Positions 27,443 to 41,200 are shown, numbered from the stretch's first letter. The stretch is 64,000 nt of DNA from Octopus vulgaris (GCA_951406725.2 OX597815.1:195486001-195550000), one strand, 5' to 3'. Made by a program: numbers and translations. The notes: a model not told the origin generated them from the sequence alone.

Positions 27443-28549
27443 CCAGCAATAGAATGTCATCTTCAACGAATACCATTAGGTAAATAGTCAATAGTTTAAC
27501 AAGGTTAATAGTCGTGAAAGCTATTATGTAGCGATAATTCAAAGGTATAAGCCCCCACACAAAGCATGATACTACTACTACTACTACTACTACATATGTG
27601 CGTGTGCACATGTGTATATGCGTGTATAACACTGTGTTAATGGGTGTATGTGTGTATCTCTAGCGGCAACCGCTCCCAAAATGAAAGAATGTAATGTCAT
27701 TAAATGTATCATTTAAAAAATGTTCTTTAACTTGTATCATTTCTATCATTCTGCTACCCTCGTACATATATAAACGTTAAAATAACAATAGATTTGGTAA
27801 AATAAACAAATACAGTACGGGGGAACTTTTACAAAATGTTTCAATCGTTAAATGTGTTCTGTTTATAGGTACGGATATTTTCATATTCATAAGATCTTTC
27901 GTCATGGTTGCTACATTTAAATTTAATTCGCAATGTTATTTCTACAAATTTAATGAACCATCCAGACCATATAATTAAATTAGATTGCTTTAATGCTTTT
28001 CTTAATGTGTCTGCTTTTTTTTTTTTTTAATATTATTTTGCCAATATTTCGAAAAATCAATTCTTTGTTATGAATTTATTTTCAGTTTAACTCTCTGGAG
28101 ACACAGGAACACAAGCATAATTAAATAAAGAAAATTTCCTTTATACTGAAGTAAAAAAAGAGAAACAAATCAGACATTTGTACCAAAAAATATTTAAATA
28201 AAACATAACTCAATTTATCTAAACGAATAAATGCGAAGAATACCTGAGATACTCTGAAAATTCTGTATTCCAAAAATCTGCGAAGCTTTTTCGACTAATA
28301 TCTTCTATCGGTATGTCTTTAAATATGAGTTAGAAGATACGCTCTTCATAATATTATTCATTGTCATAATTCCATCTGGGAATTCGAGTGTAAAATTATA
28401 AATATTTATGGCTAAATGAACATTGATTGATTAAAAGGATTATTTCCTTTCTGGCTCATCACGCGACCCCCCATTAGACTGTGGCTTTAAAATGGCCTCA
28501 ATTTGGGACTACTGTAAGATGTGAGAATAAGTTACTAGGTGGATGCATG

Positions 28550-28594
<45 letters not shown>

Positions 28595-28631
28595 ATATAT
28601 GTATATATGTATGTATGTATGTATGTATGAA

Positions 28632-28673
<42 letters not shown>

Positions 28674-28963
28674 AATCTATTATGTATGCGTAAAATGTTG
28701 CGAGCTGATGGAATCAAGAGCATTCCAGACAAAATGGTTAGTGGCATTTCTTCTGATTTGCTTTGAGTTGAAATTCCACCGATGTGGACTTCACCATTCC
28801 TCCCTTCGGGGTCTGTAAAATAAGTACCAGTTCATCATAGGTGTCGATGTACTCAACTTCCCTTCTCTGAACATTACTGAATTTGTGCTAAATTTAGAAA
28901 GAATTATGTATATATATATGAATATATACAAAACACATACACGTAGAAGTATGTTTCTGTTCG

Positions 28964-29820
28964 TACTAGATCTGATCACTGATCAATAAGTATCCGGACT
29001 ATTGCCATAGTAACGAAATTAAAGCACGCAGAGTAAAGACGTTTGGCACAGATTGACCTTGAACTCTGCTGTGCAAGCGCACAAAAGTTCAACGTTCTAC
29101 CTCACTATCGCTGTTTAGAGCGATGAGTGTAAGTAAAGTGCGTATCGTGTTATCATCGCATTGAGGATGGCAAAGTACCTGGTTAGGGGCCTGCGCAAAG
29201 TTACAGGGAGTGTATGATCCACACACAAATCTACAAACAGTTCATATGTTTCGAAGATGGACACGAAAATATGCCGATATTGACGAATGTTCTCGAAGAC
29301 CGGCAAACAGCAGAATTGTTCCATCAGCTGTGAGAGTAAATCGTCGAATCATCAGCTTTGAATTATCAGAGGATGTGCAGATTAATTACGATTCAGTTCA
29401 GTTCATTTTCATTGAGGAATGGGTATGGGATGCGTGTCTGCGAAATTCGTGACAAAATTGCTTTCAGCTGACCCAAAGGACACGCGGGTTTCAATTGCAC
29501 AGTATCTTCTTGATTGTGTCGAGAACAATGGAAACTTTTCAAAAATTTGCATAGGCCTATGAGCAGGTATTACCAAGTTTTAACAACATTTGGTACATAT
29601 TTTCTGCTGAACTTACTCTGTCATGTTCAATTCGACGATCACATGGTATACACATTAATCCCAAGCACTGTTGTAAACATTAGAAGTAAGTTAGAACGTT
29701 GAAACTTAGTACGCATGCACAGGATATTTTAAGTTCAATCTCTACCGAGGGGCTCATCTCTGCATGCTTAAGCTTCATTACGATGACTACAGTCCGGATA
29801 CTTATTGATCAGTCAACGTA
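28964..29820 (+). mobile_element. Internally deleted mariner element
   Basis: TIRs CTGATCAATAAGTATCCGGACT (28979-29000) / AGTCCGGATACTTATTGATCAG (29791-29812). Frameshifted N-terminal transposase remnants (NRRIISFELSEDVQINYDSVQFI..VSAKFVTKLLSADPKDTRV). Confidence 0.85.
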
Positions 29821-30097
29821 TAACAATTTTAGAGTAGTGTTTCTTATTTTCACGAGTAAAGTCAATTTCAATATATAGACATTCAGTTATAATAGCACTT
29901 GTACATGATTTGCATAGATAACGATATTTTGCTTAATTTTATTGACAGTCTTTAAATAAAACAGAAGGTCATTTTTCTCGTGTCATGAAAATACAGGAAA
30001 ATTATTTGTTGATTTCAGTTATCTTCGTGAAAGAATTAAATTCGATTAATAGGGAAATTTGTAAACAAATAATAGACTATCACATACAGAAAACACG

Positions 30098-30109
30098 GGT
30101 AGTAGCAGC

Positions 30110-30141
<32 letters not shown>

Positions 30142-30160
30142 CAGTAGCAGCAGCAGTAGC

Positions 30161-30192
<32 letters not shown>

Positions 30193-30264
30193 CAGTAGTA
30201 GTAGTAGTAGTAGTAGTAGTAGCAGTAGTAGTAGTAGTTACAGCAGCGGCAGAAGCAGCGGTAA

Positions 30265-30300
<36 letters not shown>

Positions 30301-30528
30301 TAGTAGTAGTTGCAGCTGCGGCAGAAGCAGCGGTAACAGCAGCAGCAGCAGTAGCAGTAGTAGTAGTAGTAGTAGTAGTAGTTACAGCAGCGGCAGAAGC
30401 AGCGGTAACAGCAGCAGCAGCAGTAGCAGTAGTAGTAGTAGTAGTAGTAGTAGTAGCAGTAGTAGTAGTAGTAGTAGTAGTAGTAGCAGTAGTAGTAGTA
30501 GTTACAGCAGCGGCAGAAGCAGCGGTAA

Positions 30529-30586
<58 letters not shown>

Positions 30587-30607
30587 TGTAGTAGCAGCAG
30601 CAGCAGC
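30098..30607. repeat. Compound (GTA)n/(GCA)n array with a higher-order repeat unit
   Basis: The motif GCGGCAGAAGCAGCGGTAACAGCAGCA recurs four times between (GTA)n runs. Confidence 0.95.
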
Positions 30608-30851
30608 TTTATATTCATCATTGGAATTTGGACCAAGATGTGGCAGAGACATTGTCAGCAATCAAACTACTGCCGCAAATAAGAGACGATAGAATAAATG
30701 CTAGACTATCAGAGAATAAGCCAATTATTTCGACTAGAACCCTTTCAGGCTGTACTCCAGCATGGTCGCTGTCAATTGACTGAAACAAGTGAAACAATAA
30801 ATAAATAAAAGAATATGTTTGTGTGCATGTGTATGCATGTATATACTTATA

Positions 30852-31080
30852 TATTTCTTTATTGCCCACAAGGGGTTAAACATAGAGGAGACAAACAAGG
30901 ACAGACAAAGGGATTCAGTCGATTACATCGACCCTAGTGCGTAACTGGTACATTATTTATCGACCCCGAAAGGATGAAAGGCAAAGTCCACCTCGGCGGA
31001 ATCTGAACTCACAACGTAACGACAGACGAAATACGGCTACGCATTTCGCCCGGCGTGCTAACGTTTCTGCCAGCTCGCCG
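30852..31080 (-). mobile_element. SINE family B, full length, with a 16-bp TSD
   Basis: CATGTATATACTTATA at 30836-30851 and 31081-31096. Confidence 0.95.
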
Positions 31081-31708
31081 CATGTATATACTTATAAGCG
31101 TATGAATACATACAGTTTACTGTCCAGTTAAGATAAGGTGAACAAAGATGCACTCCGTCCAGTGTGAAAGATATATCATTTAATGTACACAATATCATGT
31201 TAAGCGTTATTACTAGTTAGCGATAGGCACCTTCTCTCCAAGAAGCCTCGAGTGTCTAAGCATATGGGATGCTTAAATTGAAAATCAGGGCGCTGGTACA
31301 TGAGTAACAATGAGAAAAGTAAACGAGGAAAAAACAAGAAGGTTGACGCAAAAAAAATGGAAGGGTGATTTTATAATCAGAAAAAGAAAAGAAATTAGAG
31401 CAACGTAGAAGCCATGATTAAGTAAATTGGTGTAGAATCCTTCAGCGAAGCGTGGCGGCGGTAAAAGCGTGCAATGTAGCTTCTCAAACCGGAGAGGTAA
31501 CTGCCCTTCAATACTGGGAAAGAATTTTGTCCATACTCTTGCATTTAATGAACAATGTTGATCTGGAATCAAGTAGCACATACATACATACATACATACA
31601 TACATACATACATACATACATACATAACTAATGTAGGATAAAATTTTTTTCGGTAATAAAAATTTATCAATGGTAAGCATATCAAAAAACACCTTTAAAG
31701 GTTAAATT

Positions 31709-31881
31709 TATAAATAATTTGCAAAATGAGGGCAGAAGAAAATTTCTAAAGCCAAATATGCCGAAAAAAAAGACAAAGATTGGCAATTGTCAATATAATG
31801 GTTATTGACAATTTTTGTCTTTTTTTCGGCATATTCGGCATTAGAAATTTTCTTCTGCCCTTATTTTGTAAATTATTTATA
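31709..31881. repeat. Fold-back inverted repeat (MITE-like hairpin)
   Basis: Arms of about 70-80 bp (TATAAATAATTTGCAAAATGAGGGCAGAAGAAAATTTCTAA.. / ..TTAGAAATTTTCTTCTGCCCTTATTTTGTAAATTATTTATA) with a short spacer. Confidence 0.9.
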
Positions 31882-31889
31882 CATGGAAT

Positions 31890-32253
31890 GGAAGCACTCC
31901 GTCGGTTACGACGATGAGGATTCCGGTTGATCCGAATCAACGGAACAGCCTGCTCGTGAAATTAACGTGTAAGTGGCTGAGCACTCCACAGACACGTGCA
32001 CCTTTAACGTAGTTCTCGGGGATATTCAGCGTGACACAGAGAGTGACAAGGCCGGCCCCTTGAAATACAGGTACAACAGAAACAGGAAGTAAGAGTGAGA
32101 GAAAGTTGTGGTGAAAGAGTACAGCAGGGATCACCACCATCCCTGCCGTAGCCTGTTTTCGCTCAATAAACACTCACAACGCCCGGTCTGGGAATCGAAA
32201 CCGCGATCCTATGACCGCGAGTCCGCTGCCCTAACCACTGGGCTACAACGCCT
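31890..32253 (-). mobile_element. SINE family C
   Basis: Colinear with 14980-15346, with a small internal deletion. Confidence 0.88.
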
Positions 32254-32951
32254 CGACTATTTATACATACATACATACATAGATGCATATGTGCGTGTGA
32301 GTTTGTTTGTGCCTATGTAGCTTTAGCATCGCAGAAACTTACACCCATACTCGCATATATGCATGTGGGTGTGTGTGAAGTAACCTATGAAGTAACCTGA
32401 TGTGTTGGAGCAGCGAGTGTATATGGTTGGCACTCTTTAACGACGAAGCGTGACAAGCATAAAAAATAGTTAATTAACAACTATTTTCTTTTTATGTTTT
32501 TTCTTGTAGTGGTTATTTTTATATTTCCTACAATTCCAGCCAAGGTCAATAAGCTTGTAGTTTATGGTGTAATCAATATGCAGATTGAGCGCTCTTTGTT
32601 TTCTGATTTCCTCCATTTCTATTCTCGTTGTTTGTTTATAGTTTGCTACTAATAGTGTTTTTGGTGTGGGTTTGTATTTATGTGAGATGATGGTTTGATT
32701 TAACAAATTCTAAAAGTACAAATCTGATGAAATGCGTCTACCAGTAGTGGTATTGGTGAATAGTAGTAATTAACATAGCGTCTTAACATGTTTAACCTAT
32801 CTTGTGTTATTAGTAATTTTGCATAAATTGTACGGATATTGATGAATTTATAAATACGCATATACACATACACATATACGGGCAAAAACACGCACACACA
32901 AACACACACACACATACACACACATACACACACATACACACACACACACAT

Positions 32952-32991
<40 letters not shown>

Positions 32992-33423
32992 TCGGTAACA
33001 TGAGAAGTCCCAATTGCATGATAGCATTAGGTAGCCGATATATGTAAAAGAGCTTTGTAAAGCGCAGTACAATATTTTTTTAACACAGATTATACACCGC
33101 TGCCACCATATATGAGTGACCGCTAGCTGCAAAAGATTTTTTATTCTCTCTCTATTTATTTCTTCGTGTTCCTTTCTGTTGAATAGTGTAGGCGCGAAAC
33201 GTAAAATACTTTTTCACCTTCCCGTGCGTGAAAACACTTGTTTTCTGTTTATACACTTGCCTTCGTCTTTTGCTTTTCTGTTAATTTTAACTATATATAT
33301 ATATATATGTATATATACGTTTAGCAATTCGGTTTGCAAGATTCCTGATGTGATATCGTGTGTTGAAAAAGATATTGTATTTCGAGATGGTCATATTTTC
33401 TTCATTTTTTTTGCCAAATCTTT

Positions 33424-33660
33424 TCTACTCTAGGCACAAGGTCCGAAATTTGCATGGAGCGGGGCGGGGCCCTTGCTTAGATCGACCCCGGTATGCAACT
33501 GGTGCTTAGGCAAAATTGACCTCGGCGGAATTTGAACTCAGATCCTAGCGGCAGACGAAATACCTATTTCTTTACTACCCACAAGGGGCTAAACACAGAA
33601 GGGACAAACAAGGACAGACAAACGGATCAAGTCCAATATATAAACCCCAGGGCGTTAACT
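33424..33660 (-). mobile_element. Fused family-B-related SINE fragments
   Basis: A deleted B-like body (GACCTCGGCGGAATTTGAACTCAG) with an alternative tail abuts a family-B 3' end (33565-33660). Confidence 0.7.
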
Positions 33661-34129
33661 GATTATTATTATATCGTTTATTATTGTTTTTATTTTACTA
33701 TTTTAATTCTTGTTCATTGTCCAGAAATCTTCCGTCATGCAACTGTGGCCTATTCAGCGACGTTTTCCGCTTTCATATGCTGTGTTTCTCCACTTACTCC
33801 ACGCTCTACTTCTAAGATGTGTATCTTTTTGTGCGCATGCGTTTGTGTCCTTGTGTGTGTGTGTATATGCTTGTGTGTATGTCGTAATTTTTAGCAACAG
33901 TTTGGCCTTCCTCTCAGCCTCTCAGCCTCTTCCTCTCACCCCATTGTGCTGCTGCTGTTCTTAGAGGCGAAAAAAAAAAAGAATATGGTACAGTTCTTGT
34001 CTTCCCCTGTGTATATGTGTTCTATTCGCTCACGGTGTTGGCATCGTGGTAGTTTTATTCTTGTCATTGCTATCATTGGCACCGCCGTTGCTGCTGTTGT
34101 TAGTTGTATTATCGACATTCTTATGACCA

Positions 34130-35230
34130 TTCGTTATGCTAAACCTATGGCTTCTAAGTACTTTGTTCACAGGAACGCAGCGATTGCGGTCAATGCCAAG
34201 TTCAAAATTCTTATAGCTGGCTTGGTGAGAGTGATGAAGAATGTGTCTCGCATATGCGACCCTATGCAATTGGAAAAACACATACATCACATCATCCACC
34301 ACATACAGTTCTCCGGCTACAACCAAAGGGACAGGATTAGAGTGTACAAAGGAGCCAGGACTAAGAAAAAGCCATCTTACAGAGTGATGCTAAGGAGATC
34401 TTCCTGCTGTACAAGAGTAAATCCTGGCACAGCACGGAAAAGACCAGTAATAAGATAAATAAGGCCAACACTTGGTATGACAATAAAAATACCTATTTCT
34501 TTATTAACCACAAGGGGCTAAACACAGAGTGGACAAACAAGGACAGACATAGGTATTAAGTCGATTACATCGACCCCAGAGCGCAACTGGTACTTAATTT
34601 ATCGACCCCGAAAGGATGAAAGGCCAAGTCGACCTCGGCGGAATTTGAACTCACAACGTAACGACAGACGAAATACGGCTACGCATTTCGCTGGGCGTAC
34701 TAACGTTTCTGCCAGCTCGTGTCGTGTTCTTGGCTGCGAACTAGCAAACCTTTTTAGAAAACAAAGTAAGGCTAATCTGCGAAATAATTTAGTAGAGAGG
34801 TCCGGTTACCTTTAAAATTCCTAATCTGCAATACCTATCCCTTTGATAAGTCCACCTCTACAGCATACAATTTTTTGTAAGTAAGAGGTACCCAAAGGTT
34901 AACTGTAAGGTTAGGAATGTAGTGTATAGCTTACAATATGCAGAAACATGACAAGTGCCTACATTGAAGAGACTGCGCGTAGCATAGGAGAACGTATAAG
35001 TGGACATTGGCGAGAGCCTATAGAAGGGAAAAGCTCGCCAGTAGTCTACCGACATGCTCAGACAAAGTATGAAGGCTCGATTAATAACATAGATTTTAAA
35101 GTACTATTGGCACATAGAAATGAAATGACAATTAGACAGATCGGAGAAACTACACACATAACAGTAGATAGACCGGGCCTCAGCAGAAAACACGAATCGA
35201 ACAGTAACATCCATCATCACACCACATAAC
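34130..35230 (+). pseudogene. Penelope-like element: RT thumb plus GIY-YIG endonuclease, decayed and split by a SINE
   Basis: YAKPMASKYFVHRNAAI..KFKILIAGLVRVMKNVS..IQFSGYNQRDRIRVY resembles a PLE thumb. NVVYSL..AYIEETARSIGERISGHW..VYRH..DFKVL..RQIGE..LSRKHE matches GIY-YIG motifs. Confidence 0.8.
34494..34719 (-). mobile_element. SINE family B inserted in the PLE
   Basis: Colinear with 22356-22586. No TSD found. Confidence 0.92.
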
Positions 35231-35441
35231 TAAATACAGTTGGGATGAGATGACAGAGGCAGAAAAGAGGAAAATAGTGAAGAAATAAATGTAAATAACA
35301 CATAGAAACATACAGGCTAATTATACTCACACCTCACACACAAGGACATAAACGCATGCGCACATAAGGATAAACATCTTCAAGAAAATAAAGAGGACCA
35401 TCCCGAAATACAACACACAAACACACACATACACACACACA

Positions 35442-35487
<46 letters not shown>

Positions 35488-37599
35488 TATGCTTACATCC
35501 ATACACACAGACACAAACACGTAGGAAATTCTGTCAGTGGATGTATTTGTAGAGTTGTAAGCTAATTCCTACATCATTTTATCGATTTTGATGAAACTCT
35601 ATACGTGAGTAAAACTCATTTCTGGAAACCGCATCGCATACTCAGATTGTTGAAAAAATATCGATTATAGGCCCCTGGAAGGGATACTTATATTTATAGC
35701 CAAGAGAAAAAAATCCCTCCATTTTCCTAAATTATTTGGTATAAATCAAATTGAGTCTGCTTATTTCTTAGTATTTGAACTGTTAGAATTATTTTTGTAA
35801 TTTATCCATTATAACCCTTAAACAAGTAAATAGTATTTTCCTAAACAATAGATCCACTTATTTCGTTTTGTGACTTATTCACCAATATACTAACACTAAG
35901 GACAATATTCCCTGGCAACGCACAAAGGTTTTTTCGGAGTTACTTACTTTGAATTGTTATTATCTCATATTTGATTAGTCAATTATTACGTAACATGCTT
36001 CACGAATTCATTATACATACCTTATTAGTATTTCCTCCTACGATCTATATACTATGGGAACGCATTAAAGCCCTTTTCGGGGTTACATACTTTGTATTGC
36101 TGTTATTGGATTAGCGAAACAATTATGAGGGCGGAAGCAAGGGATAAACCCCGCTTTCCCGGGAATTATCGGATAATTTTTTAATTTACGTTCGTTTACT
36201 ACGCGCAAAGAATGTTATATTCCATTCATAATTTTAATGACGCTCGTTTACGTAGCGCAAATAATTTTTATATGTTCCGTTCCATGGTAACGTAATTTTG
36301 TTTATTGTAATAACGGATAGAGTTTAAATTCACTTCATAATTTGATACTGATTAGAAGGTATGTCTATTTTTTTCTCCTAATGTTAATCTTGTTACTTAT
36401 GATAATCTGATTACTTATGGAGTATTTTATATATCGTATTATGTGTAGAAATGTTGTTTTTCTTTTGTATGTTTATGTATGTGTGAATGTGTGTGCGTGT
36501 GCGTATTTGTTTGTATCGAGTTTTGTACGTATGTATATGTATGTGTGAGTGTGTATATGGTTATGTTTGTGGGTGTGTGTATATATGTATGTGTATTTGT
36601 GTGTATTGTGTAAGGGGTTGTATCTTTATATTTATACTAGTATGTATGGATTTTATTTATCATGATTATTTTAATAAGAATTTTTGTATGTAGGTATGGG
36701 TGTGTATGTATGTGTGCGTGTGTACAAGTGTAAGTGTAGATGTGAGAGTGTATGAGTGCTATGTAATTGGGTGTGATTATTTATGCACTTGTATACATGT
36801 AAGTTTTGAATGTGCGTGTGAGTGCACCCGTCTGCGTGTACACACTCATTTTTATATATATATTAATATATATATGAGTTTTCGTTTATCATGTTCGTTT
36901 TATTAAAGATTGTTTGTATCGAGTTTTGTACGTATGTATATGCATGTGTGAGTGTGTATATGGTTATGTTTGTGGGTGTGTGTATATATGTGTGTGTATT
37001 TGTGTGTATTGTGTTAGGGGTTGTATCGTTATATTTATACTTGTATGTATGGATTTCATTTCCATTCATAATTTTTTTAAAACGTTTGATATCCACGTGC
37101 AAAGAATTGTTCGGTTTTCTTTTGAGCGTTTATGTATGTGTGAATGTGTGTGTGGGTGTGTGGGATTGTTTGCGTAATTTATTTATCTGTATGGGTGCGG
37201 GTGTTTATATATTGGTATATATCGTGTTCTGTATGTATGTGTATGTATATGTATGTGTGAGCGGGTATATGTATATTGTTTATGAATGAGTGTTGTATGT
37301 GTGTGTGAGGAAGTATGAATAAGTAATGTGTTGAGTGTATGAGCATGTGTGTGTATATATAGTTTATTTTTTTGTTTTTTGTTGTTTGTTTTTTTTTGCT
37401 TGTTGTTTTTTGGTTTTTGTACATCTTTAAATATGAGAACTTTAATAATAGTTTTTTTTATATTCAATTGTTTATAGGGTTTATTTTAGATTATTTTAGA
37501 TTATATATTGATTATATATAGATTATATATAGATTATATATAGATTATATATTTTTATTTTTATTTTTATATTCTTTCATTGATAATTTTATTATTTTA

Positions 37600-37851
37600 A
37601 ATTATATTTTAAAATATTGATATTTTTAGATCGAAAATCCACCTGATGTCAGTAGCAGACAGGAAACAATTGTAGTGGCAGTTTATTTAATTTATATTAA
37701 AATTTTATGTATTGATTAAGTCTTTCCTTGTTTGATTTTAAAATAGTGGTTTTGTCTCGAATTATATTATATAATATTTTACTATAAAATTGGATTTAAC
37801 CCTAAATCTGATTTTTCCCTGTAATTTTGGATTTATTCCCTAATATTTATC

Positions 37852-37856
<5 letters not shown>
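37600..37856 (+). mobile_element. PLE pLTR remnant with a damaged HHR (37639-37678)
   Basis: CCAC-CUGAUG[deletion]UCAGUAGCAGACAG-GAAA-CAAUUG-UA-GUGG. Downstream sequence matches 11835-12000 and ends at (TA)n. Confidence 0.75.
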
Positions 37857-37898
<42 letters not shown>

Positions 37899-38157
37899 TC
37901 CCTTTCATATACCTTTTCCTTTCTGCAAAGTTGTACTCCTCTCAAACTCTATTGCTTACTCCTATTTTGCACTTATTATTACTCTTCTTATAAACTCTTT
38001 AACGAGAATAATGTACTGTATCTACCGGTTGACAAAATAGGCTGTAACAAGCCGTTCTTTTTCTATTATATAAATTACTGGTACGTATGCATGTGATACT
38101 CAGTATTTACATATACATACGTATATATTCTCAACACACACACACACACACACACAT

Positions 38158-38238
<81 letters not shown>

Positions 38239-41200
38239 AATATGTATGTATTATAGTCAGTGACACGAAAAGTCTCAATTGCATGTCAGAATTTGGTAGC
38301 CGATACCGATACAAAATATTTGTAAAGCACATTGCAATTTTTTCAACACACATTGAAAACACAGAATGTAAACACACACATACACACACATATACACACA
38401 CAGAGAGAGGCACACACACATACACACAAAAAAACAAACATACACGCTCGTCCGTGCGCGTGCGTATATATATATATATATACTTAGAATTTGTTGAAAT
38501 TAAATTACTGCTTTTATACATTGGGATATAGATGCGAATTATTAATGAGATAGAAAAGTATTAAATTTTAAGAAATATATTGGTAACGACTAGCTTTCCA
38601 ATGAAATTTTATTTCCGAATTTTTTCCCAGGCGAAAAAATATAGATATGATGAATAGGAATATTTTCCACATATAACATTTATGTGTATCCGTACTTCTT
38701 CTCTCTTTCTCTCGGTCTCTCTCTTCTTTCTAACTGTCTGTCTCTGCCTCTGTCTCTCTCTCTCTCTCTATTCGTAGTATTCATGTGTAAATTTCAATAT
38801 AGTGTGAGATAGGAAATTGGCTCCTGGACCTGGGTTGAGAATTATCTGTCTGGCGACTATTGCAATTTTATTGAAAACTGCACAGTCTCACCTACACACA
38901 TTTATCACATGTGTTGTGAAACACACAACAACACGATCGGTCTTGTGAAGGATCTGCTGTATTTTTCCCAATATGTAGATATCTGTGGCTACTTGAAACG
39001 GAGGAAGATGCGAAAATGACCAAAACACAGGAGGTGGGCCCAGAAAAAACAAAAGATGTTTATTTATTTTTCTAAACTCAAACTTCTGGGAGTACTTCAG
39101 AAATATATAAGAAAGATTTCTGCGTCCAAGTGTATACAGGGTAAGACAAATACTTGCCGTAAGAGGAAAGGCGTTAATGTTACTGTGTCTCGCGTCTGAA
39201 TACAAATTTCCTCTCGCATGTGTGTAGAAGCTGAATATCTCCGTCTCAGTATTAAAGTTCTCTTATGGTTCGTGCAGATTCCTTAGAATAATATCTTTCT
39301 TGCAATGTACAACTAGTAGTATATCATTCTCGCATGTTTGTGTTCTTTGCCATATTTGAATAGATATTAGAATGTGCCCTTTTCATTTTTACTGCCATAT
39401 GTAGATTAGATTTTGAGATTAGCTGTAATCTGGCTGTAATCTATAAATGCGGAAGGGAACTTGAGAAATTTCTGTGAAAAAGTCACTCTAGCAAATCCGA
39501 CATAACGTTATAATCTGCAAATCAGTTTCAAATCTGTAGATTTCTCATCCTTTGCCTTAGTGTTACATAATCTGTTCGTTCATAGAGATATAGAAATCAT
39601 ATTGTATCTTAGAAACATCATAATCTTTAAAGTATTCTCAAATTTGGCAAGAATCAGCTTCAGCTGGGATAGAAGATGTGATATTGAGATCGTTTGACAG
39701 CTCGAACAGTGAATAAAATTCCTATACGACAATGAATATGGATGAGCTGTGGTGTAAATTCGTCGAAACCAGATCCAAACCAAGAATACAGCAGCCGTTG
39801 AACTTAGGATAATATCAAAATAATGTTTTTTCAACTTCAAATTGCATCCGCTTCTCTGTCTATGTTGTATGTAATTCTGGAAGAATGGTCGTGTGTAGTT
39901 GAAATATGCTACCGTGTACAATTATGAGAATTCATGAAAACGATTGCGTGTGTGTTAGTGTATTGTGAGATACAGTGCTTAAATATCGTTAATAAAGCTC
40001 ATTTAGGAATATTTAGAAATGTGTCTTAATAGGTAGTTTTTCTTTCAGGTTGTTATCAGTTGTCTTACATTAAAGGAATAAGTGTGAACGTTTAGACGAG
40101 GGAAAGGTGACCTTATTGCCTTCGGTCAGGTATTAAGTCGAACTGGTAAACAGTAGAAGAATACAATAGGCATGAAAATATGAGCTGCGTGTTTGTGTGT
40201 GCAAGTACGAAACTGATTTTACATATGATTCTGCATGTTTTCATATTTCGTCTTAATGTACTTCAATATACACAACTGTTAATGCATGCACAAATGTTTT
40301 CCTGTGAATTGGTTGAATAGGTAATATGATAGAAGGAACTGACTGAAAGATGCGTTAATGGGAGATGGAAAGAACATCATTTATTCTATTGGTAGAAAAC
40401 ATGAAAATGTGATGGAGGAATATGAAATGTTCATACATTTAACATATTTTCATCTCCATCCCTCACCTTCTATCTCCTTTTCCCGTCTCTTTTTTCTCTC
40501 TCCTATTCCTAGTCATATTTTTATCTTTTACAATATCTGCCTCCAGTTTTACCACCGTGATTTCTATCAATGAAATAAAATAATAACCTCTACTGAAAAT
40601 AGTTTTCCTTGAGTTACATAAAGGATGATTCTTTTTCAATCATGTACATACACTCATAAAACCACACACATAAACTAACAGGGAAATTACAAACACTAGC
40701 ATTCAAAACAACGTGCTTCACCCTACGCCTACATATACGCGTTTAGAGATATAAACAACATAAAGAGAATAGACTAAATGTTCTGAACCCATTTTGGCCA
40801 AAGGCCCCCTTTTGACTCTTGGAGTCACAAACGGCCTCCCTAGGAAAGATTTTTAGTTTTCAATACACTACTTATTTTGATATCAGCAGATAGTTATTAA
40901 AAATAATGGACGCCGGTTTACGTATGCGCTTGTACGCAATCGGGGATACAGATGTACAATTAGAAAGGCAAAAACAAAAAACCAAATAAATTTATGAAAG
41001 TTTGGTAATTGCGTTTATTTCCACTACGTGACACTTAGGTCAATATTTTGTCTAACGAAAGAGTGCTCATTGGTACAAGTAAATGCCGATGAAATCATTT
41101 CAAACCTTTCCGATTTCCCTTATGAAAACGGCTAGAACTTGTGCAACAATCTGACATATAAGTTATTGTCACCCAGGAAGAAGATCTTTTACGCTCAAGA

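Noticed and set aside
30098-30607. CRISPR-like repeat-spacer array
   Set aside because: The intervening sequences are simple triplet runs rather than unique spacers, the context is eukaryotic and there are no cas genes.
33170-33220. CTTTCTGTTGAATAGTGTAGGCGCGAAACGTAAAA as a hammerhead
   Set aside because: GAAACGUA is present but the CUGANGA box and helix II are too degraded to call. It may be a dead variant.
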